From positions 981 through 64,980 of the forward strand of contig CAKQUX010000003.1 in the NCBI GenBank assembly GCA_934277645.1: 64,000 bases of DNA, written 5' to 3'. The number at the start of each line of letters is the position of its first letter. Positions within the stretch are counted from its first letter, which is position 1. The position numbers and the translations under genes are program-made. The notes below the pieces were generated by a model. That model was not told the origin of the DNA and made no database searches. It saw only the letters and a list, made by a program, of their open reading frames with translations. Shown here one piece after another: positions 56,265-64,000 of this stretch. The stretch is from an uncultured Clostridia bacterium (GTDB taxonomy: Bacteria > Bacillota > Clostridia > Christensenellales > CAG-917).

Positions 56265-57779
56265 TTGGATATCGAAAGGTCTTCGGGAGTATTATGCAAT
56301 ATTTCATCGTTGCCTAGCAAATTCGGCATAGGCAATTTTTCCCGTGACGCCGAAAGTTTTGCTACCACTATTTACGATATGGGCTTCCGTTGGTGGCAGA
56401 TGCTTCCGCTTACGGCAATAGGTGCAGGCAATTCTCCGTATTCCGGACTTAGCACTTATGCAGGAAACTATTTGTATATAAATCCGTACGAACTTATGGA
56501 CTTAGGTCTTTTAACTCGTGACGAGGCTAATAATGCAAAATACAACGGTTCGCCTTACAGAGTCGATTACAATTTCGCGAAATGGAACGTCAAAAACTTT
56601 TTGCAAATCGCCTTTAACAGATTGGACGACGAGTTTAAAAAGAAAATCGAGGCGTTCAAAAAACAAGAAGGCGAGTGGCTTGAAAACTATGCCGTATTCC
56701 AAGCGATTGCCGAACAGTTCGGCACAAAGTGGTGGGAATGGGAAAAAGGTCTTCGCGACCACGACCAAAAAGCTATCGAAGCCTTTAAAAGAGCCAATAA
56801 AGAAAGATATGAATATTTTGTTTTCGAGCAGTACGAATTCTACCGCGAATGGTACGCTTTAAAAGCAAAAATAAACGAAATCGGAATTAAAATCATAGGC
56901 GACTTGCCTTTTTACGTCGCTCGCAACAGCGTTGACGTTTGGGCAAATCCTAAACAGTTTGACCTTGACGGTGCATATCGTCCTAAAACGGTGGCAGGAG
57001 TTCCGCCTGACGCTTTTTCGGCGGACGGACAACTTTGGGGCAATCCGTGTTACAATTTCGACGAAATGAAAAAGGATAATTACGGCTGGTGGCGCAAGCG
57101 TGTTTCGCATTGCTTTAAAATGTACGACGGTTTAAGACTTGACCATTTCAGAGCGTTTTACAATTATTTCGCAATCCCGTTCGGCGAAGAGACGGCTAAA
57201 AACGGAAAATTTGTCGACGGTCCTAAAATGGAACTTATAAACCATTTTAAAAAGGACAACAAGAATGCGTTTATAATAGCGGAAGACCTTGGACTTTTAT
57301 CCGACGACGTTGTCGAGTTCATAAAAAAGACGGGACTTCCGGGAATGAAAATCTTCCAATTTGCGTTTGACGGAACGCCGTCTGCATACTTGCCGCACAA
57401 CTACGACATAAATTGCGTGGCATACACGGGAACGCATGACAACAATACGACGCTCGGCTGGCTTTATGACACGAACGAAGGCGCAAGAAATTTCGCATTG
57501 AAGTATTGCGGTTTTTCGGGCGCAGGTTGGGGCGCAGGCGGTCCTAATTGCGGTTCGACAAAGGCGATTATAAAGACGATTATCGCATCGAGCGCTCGTC
57601 TTGCCGTCATTCCGCTTCAAGACCTTTTGGGCTACGGCGGCGATACAAGAATGAACGTCCCCGGCGTTGCCGAAGGAAACTGGGAATTTCGTGTTGCTTA
57701 CGATGCGCTTATGAGTCTTGACAGAACTTATTTTGCCGATATAAACGATACTTACGGAAGAACTTGCGGAAAGATATGA
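56265..57779 (+). CDS. malQ: 4-alpha-glucanotransferase (amylomaltase, GH77)
   Basis: 504 aa. SSGVLCNISSLPSKFGIGNF, IIGDLPFYV, LRLDHFRAF, YTGTHDNNT. TTG start with GAGGAG 5 nt upstream, 2 nt after the hom stop. Confidence 0.9.
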   Translation: MDIERSSGVLCNISSLPSKFGIGNFSRDAESFATTIYDMGFRWWQMLPLTAIGAGNSPYSGLSTYAGNYLYINPYELMDLGLLTRDEANNAKYNGSPYRVDYNFAKWNVKNFLQIAFNRLDDEFKKKIEAFKKQEGEWLENYAVFQAIAEQFGTKWWEWEKGLRDHDQKAIEAFKRANKERYEYFVFEQYEFYREWYALKAKINEIGIKIIGDLPFYVARNSVDVWANPKQFDLDGAYRPKTVAGVPPDAFSADGQLWGNPCYNFDEMKKDNYGWWRKRVSHCFKMYDGLRLDHFRAFYNYFAIPFGEETAKNGKFVDGPKMELINHFKKDNKNAFIIAEDLGLLSDDVVEFIKKTGLPGMKIFQFAFDGTPSAYLPHNYDINCVAYTGTHDNNTTLGWLYDTNEGARNFALKYCGFSGAGWGAGGPNCGSTKAIIKTIIASSARLAVIPLQDLLGYGGDTRMNVPGVAEGNWEFRVAYDALMSLDRTYFADINDTYGRTCGKI

Positions 57780-58222
57780 TAATCTTTTATAAGTTCGGAA
57801 AAGTCGATTCGGACGAATTTATTTTCGCCGCTTACGAAAAATATTGCGGTCTTAAAAATATCGATAGAAAAGAAAATAAAATCGTGCGTGACAAAAAACC
57901 GCATTTTGCGCTTGACACCGTAAAGTTCAATTTGTCGCATTGTCAAAATCTTACGGTAGTCGCTATGTCGGATTGCGAAGTAGGAATCGACGTTGAAAAA
58001 AGAAAGTCGCTTGACCAAAAACTTTGCGAGTATCTGGGAGTAGAAGATATAGACGGCTTTGTAAGGTTAGAAGCGTGTGTAAAATACGACGGGCAAGGAC
58101 TTAAAGGCATAAGAAGCGTAAACGAAAAAGAATACGCCGTAAAGAATATAAATTTTTTTCACGATTACGCGCTTGCCGTGTGCGGCGATGAAGATGCGGA
58201 GTTTGTGGAGTTAAAGGAGTAA
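57776..58222 (+). CDS. Short 4'-phosphopantetheinyl transferase-like protein
   Basis: 148 aa. KPHF...FNLSHCQNLTVVAMSDCEVGIDVEK and a later EACVKYDGQGL resemble the Sfp-type core. ATGA overlap with malQ. Confidence 0.5.
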   Translation: MIIFYKFGKVDSDEFIFAAYEKYCGLKNIDRKENKIVRDKKPHFALDTVKFNLSHCQNLTVVAMSDCEVGIDVEKRKSLDQKLCEYLGVEDIDGFVRLEACVKYDGQGLKGIRSVNEKEYAVKNINFFHDYALAVCGDEDAEFVELKE

Positions 58223-58224
58223 TT

Positions 58225-58467
58225 ATGACTAAAAACGAAATTTTGGAAAAACTTAAAGATATGGTTTGCGAACAACTCCGTTTGGAGCGTGATGCGGTTC
58301 AACTCGAAACGGAAATTATCAAAGGACTCGGAGCAGACTCCCTTGACCTTGTTGAGCTTTTGATGAACGTCGAAGCCGAATGGAACATCATTGTGGACGA
58401 TTCCGAAGTAGGCGATTTAAGACTCGTGTCGGACGTCGTCGATATGATTGAAAGAAAAACGAAATAA
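58225..58467 (+). CDS. Acyl carrier protein (orphan)
   Basis: 80 aa. LGADSLDLVELLMNVE contains the DSL phosphopantetheine attachment site. Confidence 0.8.
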   Translation: MTKNEILEKLKDMVCEQLRLERDAVQLETEIIKGLGADSLDLVELLMNVEAEWNIIVDDSEVGDLRLVSDVVDMIERKTK

Positions 58468-58470
58468 TTA

Positions 58471-58536
58471 AAAGCCAAACTCGATAATTGAAGTAAACTA
58501 TGCTAAGTTCGCTTCATAGCCGAGTTTGGCTTTTTT
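58471..58536 (+). terminator. Long-stem rho-independent terminator
   Basis: AAAGCCAAACTCG...CGAGTTTGGCTTT followed by a T-run. Confidence 0.7.
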
Positions 58537-58789
58537 GTTTAATTCTTTAATAACAGGTTTCTTTAATAATAGTTTTTTTTAATAAATGATTTACTTATAA
58601 CTTATAATAGATTTTTATATTTAATAATATATCTACTTATAGGCAATAACATATTTTTAATATTATATTTCTTTTGTTAAATCACTTCTACTAAATTTCT
58701 TTTATTTTTATTTAGTTTTGCCTTAGCATTTGGCGTAGGCAAAGCCTGGTTTTTTGCTTGTCTATGTGATTTTGTTAAATTATATGATT

Positions 58790-60331
58790 TTAGCTAAGGA
58801 AGTTTAATTTATACTCAAAACTGTCACAAAGCGCGGTGAGTGACGCTTCGAGAATGTCGGTCGAAACACCAACGGTAGTCCACGCCTGAGCGCCGTCCGT
58901 CGATGTGATTAAAACTCTGACGGTTGCGCCCGTCGCGCGTTTGCTGTCGATGACACGAACCTTATAGTCGATGAGAGTCACGTCTTTAAGTTTAGGGAAC
59001 TGTGTTTTAAGCGCAAAACGAAGCGCAGAGTCAAGGGCGTTGACGGGACCGTTTCCGTCCTTTTGAACAGTTATCGTTTTATCGTTAGCTTTTATCGTTA
59101 CGGCGGCGTTTGAAAGCCCCGTGTCGCCGCTGTCTTGTTTGCGGCTTGTAAAAATGTAATCCAAGACCTCGAACGACGGCGTAAATTCGCCTGCCAATTT
59201 CTTTGCGAGAAGTTTGAAACTTCCGTCTGCGCCTTCAAACTGATAGCCTTCGAGTTCAAGATTTTTAAGTGTGCTTAAAAGCTCTTTTGCCGTGATTTTG
59301 CTTTCGTCGAAAGTCGGGAAAAGAGTTTTTAATTTTTCGATTATGAGAGCTTTTCCCGAGAACTCGCTCAAAAGCACGTCCGACGTGTTGCCGACTTCTT
59401 TCGGATTGACGTGTTCAAACGGTAAGCCTTTTGCCGCCGCATCGGCGTGCGTACCTGCCTTGTGTGTAAATGCGCTTTTGCCTATGTACGGCATAGAATT
59501 TTCAAGAGTTATGTTCGATATTTCGGCGATTTTTCGTCCGATAATCGTCGTGTCTTTAAGATTTACGTTTATGTCATAGTCGGTTTTTAGTTTAAGGTCG
59601 CAAATGACTGTCGAAAGGTTTGTGTTTCCGCTTCTTTCGCCAAAGCCCAAAAACGTGCCTTGAACGTGAGTGGCGCCGTTTTCGACGGAGGCTATACTGC
59701 TTGCGACCGCCATTCCGACATCGTTGTGCGCGTGAATTCCGATTCTGACGGTCGGGAAGAGTTCACAAATTTCTTTTGTGATTTTTCCTATAACCGACGG
59801 GAAAGTCCCGCCGTTGGAGTCGCAAAGAACGAGAGTGTCTGCGCCTGCCGTTTTGGCGGCGTTAAGAGCCGCTACGGCGTAGTCTTTATCTTGCAAATAA
59901 CTGTCGAAGAAATGTTCGGCGTCGAATATAACTCTTTTGCCGTTGTCAACAAACAGCTTTACGCTGTCGAAAATGATTTTTAAATTGTTGTCGGCAGACG
60001 TTCTTAAAACTTTTTCCGCTCCCGATTTTGAAGTTTTTCCGAAAAGGCAAACGACTTTGTTTGAAAGCGAGAGAGTTTGTTTTAAACCTTCGTCATCGCT
60101 TGCGACATCGCCGACTTTTGCGGTCGATGAAAAAGCCACTAGTTTATCCGATTTTTCGGCAGCAAAAAACGCAGTATCTTTCGGGTTCGCCGACGGGTAG
60201 CCGCCTTCTATTAGGTCGATACCATAGTTTGAAAGAAGACTGAATATTTCCGTTTTGTCTTGCGTGGAATATGAAATTCCGAGTCCGCCTGCGCCGTCTC
60301 TTAAAGTTGTGTCGTACAGTTCGATTTTCAT
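58790..60331 (-). CDS. cimA: Citramalate synthase (LeuA-family, CimA-type)
   Basis: 513 aa. MKIELYDTTLRDGAGG...IEGGYPSANPKD and a C-terminal LeuA-type regulatory domain. The pattern resembles the CimA subgroup as I recall it. Confidence 0.7.
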   Translation of the reverse strand: MKIELYDTTLRDGAGGLGISYSTQDKTEIFSLLSNYGIDLIEGGYPSANPKDTAFFAAEKSDKLVAFSSTAKVGDVASDDEGLKQTLSLSNKVVCLFGKTSKSGAEKVLRTSADNNLKIIFDSVKLFVDNGKRVIFDAEHFFDSYLQDKDYAVAALNAAKTAGADTLVLCDSNGGTFPSVIGKITKEICELFPTVRIGIHAHNDVGMAVASSIASVENGATHVQGTFLGFGERSGNTNLSTVICDLKLKTDYDINVNLKDTTIIGRKIAEISNITLENSMPYIGKSAFTHKAGTHADAAAKGLPFEHVNPKEVGNTSDVLLSEFSGKALIIEKLKTLFPTFDESKITAKELLSTLKNLELEGYQFEGADGSFKLLAKKLAGEFTPSFEVLDYIFTSRKQDSGDTGLSNAAVTIKANDKTITVQKDGNGPVNALDSALRFALKTQFPKLKDVTLIDYKVRVIDSKRATGATVRVLITSTDGAQAWTTVGVSTDILEASLTALCDSFEYKLNFLS

Positions 60332-61818
60332 AAATCACCGTCCGAAATAAGTTTGTTGACCGCGTTTAAGTACGCAATGATAGACGCTTCCAAAACGTCG
60401 GTCGATAAGCCTTTGCCCGTCATAATTTTGCCGCCGAGTTCGAGCTTTACGGTGGCTTCACCGAGTGCGTCTTTACCTTCGGTTACCGAATGAATGGAAT
60501 AGTCGTTAAGAATGAAATTCTGTCCCGTCAGCGAGTTTATCGCTTTAAACGCCGCATCGACAGGTCCGTCGCCGCTCATTTTTTCGACGTGCTGACGGTT
60601 GCCGCTTGACAAGGTGATTTCGGCAGTCGCTTGATTTTTGTACGACGTAATTTCGTAGTCGGTGAGCGAGTAGGTACGCTTTATCGCGTGGCGCGAAATA
60701 TTGATTAAAAGCGCGTCGATGTCGCGGCGAGTGACAATCTTTTTACGCTCGGCAAGGTCTTTGAATTTTTCAAAATAGAAAGACGCTTCTTCGGGCGTCA
60801 AGGTATAGCCCATTTCGCCGATAAGTTCCAAAAATGCGTGTTTGCCGCTATGCTTTCCGAGAAGCAACTTGTTTTGCGGAATTCCGATGTCGTCGGGATT
60901 CATAAGCTCGTACGTTGCTCGGTTTTCAAGCACGCCGTGTTGGTGAATACCTGCTTCGTGCGCAAAAGCGTTTGAGCCGACAATGGTTTTAAAAGGCGGC
61001 AACTTTACGCCGACTATGCTCGATACGAGTTTTGCCGCGCCGTAAATTTGCTTTGTGTCGATGTTAAGTTCGTATTCGGGATAGCGGGTTTTGAGTGCCA
61101 TAACAACTTCTTCGAGCGAAGCGTTTCCCGCTCTTTCGCCAAGACCTATAACGGCGCAGTCGAAATCTTCCGCGCCTGCTTCTATCGCCGAAAGAGTGTT
61201 TGCGGTTGCAAGTCCTAAATCGTTGTGGCAGTGAACGCCCAATCTGACGTCAACGTTCGATTTTAAATATTTGACAAGTTCAGCCATTTCTCTTGGAGTG
61301 GAGTAACCGACCGTATCTGCGATATTTATACAATCCGCCCCTGCTTTTACGGCAGTTTGAACGGCTTTGAGCAAAAATTCTCTTGGTGTTCTGGTTGCGT
61401 CTTCAAACGCATATTTAACCAAAGCGGCTTTGTTTTTGGCGTACTTTGCGTGATATGCAATAGACTCCAAAACTTCGTCTTCAGTCATTTTGAGTTTGTA
61501 TTTAAGGTGAATAGGACTCGTCGCTATAAAGACGTGCAAAATAGGATTGACCGCCGATTGAAGGGCAAGCACTGCCGAATCTATGTCTTGGGCGTTGCTT
61601 CTCGCAAGAGCCATAACGGATGAATTTTTGACGTTTTCGGCAATTTCTTTCACGCTTAAAAAGTCGGCTTTCGAACAGGCGGGAAAACCTGCTTCGATTG
61701 CGTCGACATTCATTGCTTCGAGTCGCAAAGCAACGTCTAATTTCTCCTTAGGGTGCATGGTGAAGCCGGGAGCTTGTTCACCGTCGCGGAGAGTCGTGTC
61801 AAAAACTTTAATTTTCAT
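60328..61818 (-). CDS. leuA: 2-isopropylmalate synthase
   Basis: Start MKIKVFDTTLRDGEQ at 61818 (AGAGGA SD). HCHNDLGLATANTL. 4-nt overlap with cimA. Confidence 0.88.
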   Translation of the reverse strand: MKIKVFDTTLRDGEQAPGFTMHPKEKLDVALRLEAMNVDAIEAGFPACSKADFLSVKEIAENVKNSSVMALARSNAQDIDSAVLALQSAVNPILHVFIATSPIHLKYKLKMTEDEVLESIAYHAKYAKNKAALVKYAFEDATRTPREFLLKAVQTAVKAGADCINIADTVGYSTPREMAELVKYLKSNVDVRLGVHCHNDLGLATANTLSAIEAGAEDFDCAVIGLGERAGNASLEEVVMALKTRYPEYELNIDTKQIYGAAKLVSSIVGVKLPPFKTIVGSNAFAHEAGIHQHGVLENRATYELMNPDDIGIPQNKLLLGKHSGKHAFLELIGEMGYTLTPEEASFYFEKFKDLAERKKIVTRRDIDALLINISRHAIKRTYSLTDYEITSYKNQATAEITLSSGNRQHVEKMSGDGPVDAAFKAINSLTGQNFILNDYSIHSVTEGKDALGEATVKLELGGKIMTGKGLSTDVLEASIIAYLNAVNKLISDGDL

Positions 61819-62314
61819 TTTTTCCTCTTTCAAGGGCGGCTCCGCCCGTTCTTGCCATTTCTATAATTCCGTAAGGAACGAGAACGCCTATAAAAGCGTC
61901 GATTTTCGACGTGTTGCCCGTAAGCTCGAACATCATAGTGCTTGGCGTGGTGTCGAGAGCTTTGGCTTTAAAAATGGCGCAAAGGTCGCATAGTTCGCTT
62001 CTTTCTTTCGCACCTGCGTTTACCTTTATCAAAAGCAATTCTCTAAGAGCAACGTCGCCGCTGTTGAGGTCTAAAACCTTAACGACGTCTATTTGTTTTT
62101 TAAGTTGCTCCACAATTTGATTTGCGGTCCAATCGGTTGCGTCCACCGTGACGGTCATACGAGAGTAGTTTTCGTTTTCGGTTGCGCAAACGGTAAGTCC
62201 GTCAATGTTGTAGCCTCTGCGAGAGAACAAGCCTGCGATTCTCGAGAGTACGCCCGGTTGGTTTTTTGTGAGAATGGAAATGATATGTCTTTCGGTTTTT
62301 GTGCTTTTGACCAT
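61808..62314 (-). CDS. ilvN: Acetolactate synthase small (regulatory) subunit
   Basis: 168 aa. HIISILTKNQPGVLSRIAGLFSRRGYNI is an ACT domain. Confidence 0.9.
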   Translation of the reverse strand: MVKSTKTERHIISILTKNQPGVLSRIAGLFSRRGYNIDGLTVCATENENYSRMTVTVDATDWTANQIVEQLKKQIDVVKVLDLNSGDVALRELLLIKVNAGAKERSELCDLCAIFKAKALDTTPSTMMFELTGNTSKIDAFIGVLVPYGIIEMARTGGAALERGKNEN

Positions 62315-62315
62315 T

Positions 62316-63848
62316 TTAAAACTCCTTATCTGAAATGCGGCAATCGACTATTGTCGGGGTGGTGAAGCTAAGCGCCTTTTTGACGACGCTTTCTACGTCG
62401 TCGTTTAGATTGAGCTCCAAGCCGTTTCCGCCGTATGCAACGGCAAGTTTTGCGAAATCGAGTTTTGGCTCGTCACATTCGACGTAACGCTTGCCGTAAC
62501 GTTTGTTTTGAATCTTTTTGATAAGCCCGAGAGCAGAGTTGTTCATACAGAACACGGTCAAATAGACGTTCAGTTTGACGGCGGTTTCAAACTCTGCGAT
62601 ATTCATTCTAAGCGAACCGTCACCCGTTATCAAAACTACTTTTTTGCCCGTTCCGAGCGCCGCGCCTATTGCGCCGCCCATTCCGAAGCCCATGACGCCG
62701 AGTCCGCCGCTAGTTATGAACGTGCGAGGATTTTTAAATTTATAATCGGTTGCCGTCCAAGTCTGGTGAAGTCCTACGTCGGTTACGACGACTGCGTCGC
62801 AAAGCTCCGAAATTTTGCGTATGATTTCTCTGCCTCTCGAACTACGAGAAACTTCCGCTTGTTCGAGTTCTGTTTGTTCCTTTTGCTTTATTAGAGGCAT
62901 CAGCGCGTCTAACGCCGTTTTCAGGTCGCAAACGAGATAGTTGTCGCAAATTACGTTTTTATCGATTTCTGCGCCGTCAACGTCGATTTGAATTATCGTT
63001 TTGTTTTTAATGTTTGTAAATGCGGTGGAGCGGCTGTTGAATCTTGCTCCGAGAGCGATTATCAAATCGGATGACGAAAGGACGGTTTTAAGTTTTTTGT
63101 TGTCATCCGTTACGACTCCGAGATAACCCTTATAGTCGAAAGGAACGACGCCGAGCGCCATATAGCTGACGCCAATCTGAGCGTTTATACGTCTTGCAAA
63201 TTCCTTGACTTCGGCAGAATAGTTTTGCGTGCCACCGCCAAGGTAAATGAAAGGTTTTTTTGCGTTGTTTATAATGTCGGCGATTTTTTCGATGCCTTTA
63301 AGGCTGTAATCGGGCGTTTCGACTTCTTGACTGTATGCGTTTGTAAATTCGGCTTCGCCTGTCAGAACGTCGAAAGGAACGTCGATTAAAACAGGACCTT
63401 TTCTTCCGCTTGTAGCAATTTTAAATGCTTCGAAAACCGTCTTTTCGATGTCGGCGGTCGATTTTACGATATAGCTGTATTTAACGACGGGCATAGTCAT
63501 TCCGAAAACGTCCACTTCTTGAAAGCAGTCGTGTCCGAGATTTTTGAGTTCTACGTTGCCCGTAATCGCGATAAGCGGAACGCTGTCCATAAACGCGTCC
63601 GCAATCGGCGTAACGAGATTGGTCGCCCCGGGACCTGAAGTTGCCATAACGACTCCGACTTTGCCTGTGGCTCTCGCCATTCCGTCGGCGGCAAATCCTG
63701 CGCCTTGTTCGTGCGCCGTCAAAACGTGTTTTATCGGATATTTGTCGAGCGCATCGTAAATAGGCAGAATAGTAGACCCCGGATACCCGAAAATAGTATC
63801 CACTTTGAGTTTTGTTAAACTTTTAAGCAAAATTTCTGCGCCGTTCAT
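62316..63848 (-). CDS. ilvB: Acetolactate synthase large subunit (ThDP-dependent)
   Basis: 510 aa. MNGAEILLKSL...IFGYPG, GPGATNLVT, GGLGVMGFGMGGAIGA, ITGDGS. Confidence 0.9.
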   Translation of the reverse strand: MNGAEILLKSLTKLKVDTIFGYPGSTILPIYDALDKYPIKHVLTAHEQGAGFAADGMARATGKVGVVMATSGPGATNLVTPIADAFMDSVPLIAITGNVELKNLGHDCFQEVDVFGMTMPVVKYSYIVKSTADIEKTVFEAFKIATSGRKGPVLIDVPFDVLTGEAEFTNAYSQEVETPDYSLKGIEKIADIINNAKKPFIYLGGGTQNYSAEVKEFARRINAQIGVSYMALGVVPFDYKGYLGVVTDDNKKLKTVLSSSDLIIALGARFNSRSTAFTNIKNKTIIQIDVDGAEIDKNVICDNYLVCDLKTALDALMPLIKQKEQTELEQAEVSRSSRGREIIRKISELCDAVVVTDVGLHQTWTATDYKFKNPRTFITSGGLGVMGFGMGGAIGAALGTGKKVVLITGDGSLRMNIAEFETAVKLNVYLTVFCMNNSALGLIKKIQNKRYGKRYVECDEPKLDFAKLAVAYGGNGLELNLNDDVESVVKKALSFTTPTIVDCRISDKEF

Positions 63849-64000
63849 TTTGATGCCTAAGCAAAAGAAAACAAAAATAAATTTAAATTTTCTTTTGTAA
63901 TGATATTATCCCATAATGATTTATTTAATATTATAATTTATAAATATATTATAGTCAACAAAGAAAGATAAATTAAACGGATTGGCATAGCAACGAAAAA

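Overview
This looks like a chromosomal window from a low-GC, anaerobic, apparently endospore-forming Firmicute. I infer a Clostridia-like organism from dpaAB/spoVF, a YjcZ-like Cys/Gly peptide, adhE and the [FeFe]-hydrogenase genes. I call about 46 protein genes and one tRNA-Ser(CGA). I found no rRNA, CRISPR array, transposase or integrase. Most of the window is housekeeping: csoR-copA copper efflux, a hypoxanthine-DNA-glycosylase-like UDG, dpaA-dpaB, asd-dapA-dapB (dapB carries an ACT-domain fusion), guaB, typA, glyQS, coaX and ilvB-ilvN-leuA-cimA. adhE is followed by an hfsABCD-like sensory plus catalytic [FeFe]-hydrogenase cluster. hom, malQ, a PPTase gene and an ACP gene form a tightly packed block. 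Envelope genes include a 1761-aa lipoprotein (Listeria-Bacteroides repeats plus BspA-type LRRs), a membrane-anchored HtrA-like protease with a collagen-like tract, and a metallophosphoesterase lipoprotein. The most interesting part is a lower-GC accessory stretch (about 17.2-25.7 kb) that abuts the 3' end of tRNA-Ser. It holds two modules. (i) A WYL-like regulator is divergent from a membrane-anchor-less FtsH-like AAA+ protein whose HEXXH is degenerate and which carries a 66-aa insert with 49 Asp/Glu. That gene is overlapped by a gene for an intact HExxH (ImmA/IrrE-like) peptidase. I regard this as a candidate undescribed three-gene system. (ii) Two tandem, diverged copies of a translationally coupled two-gene cassette, each pairing a MuF-type Cys/His knuckle protein with a small DUF4926-like protein, resemble toxin-immunity pairs. 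Other oddities: a CopZ-like HMA domain fused to the CopA C-terminus with its own internal Shine-Dalgarno; decayed duplicates of gene 3' ends downstream of copA and the UDG gene; a 62-aa peptide with 19 Cys; and several tandem repeat arrays. All family assignments rest on motif recognition by eye and need profile or structure searches to confirm.
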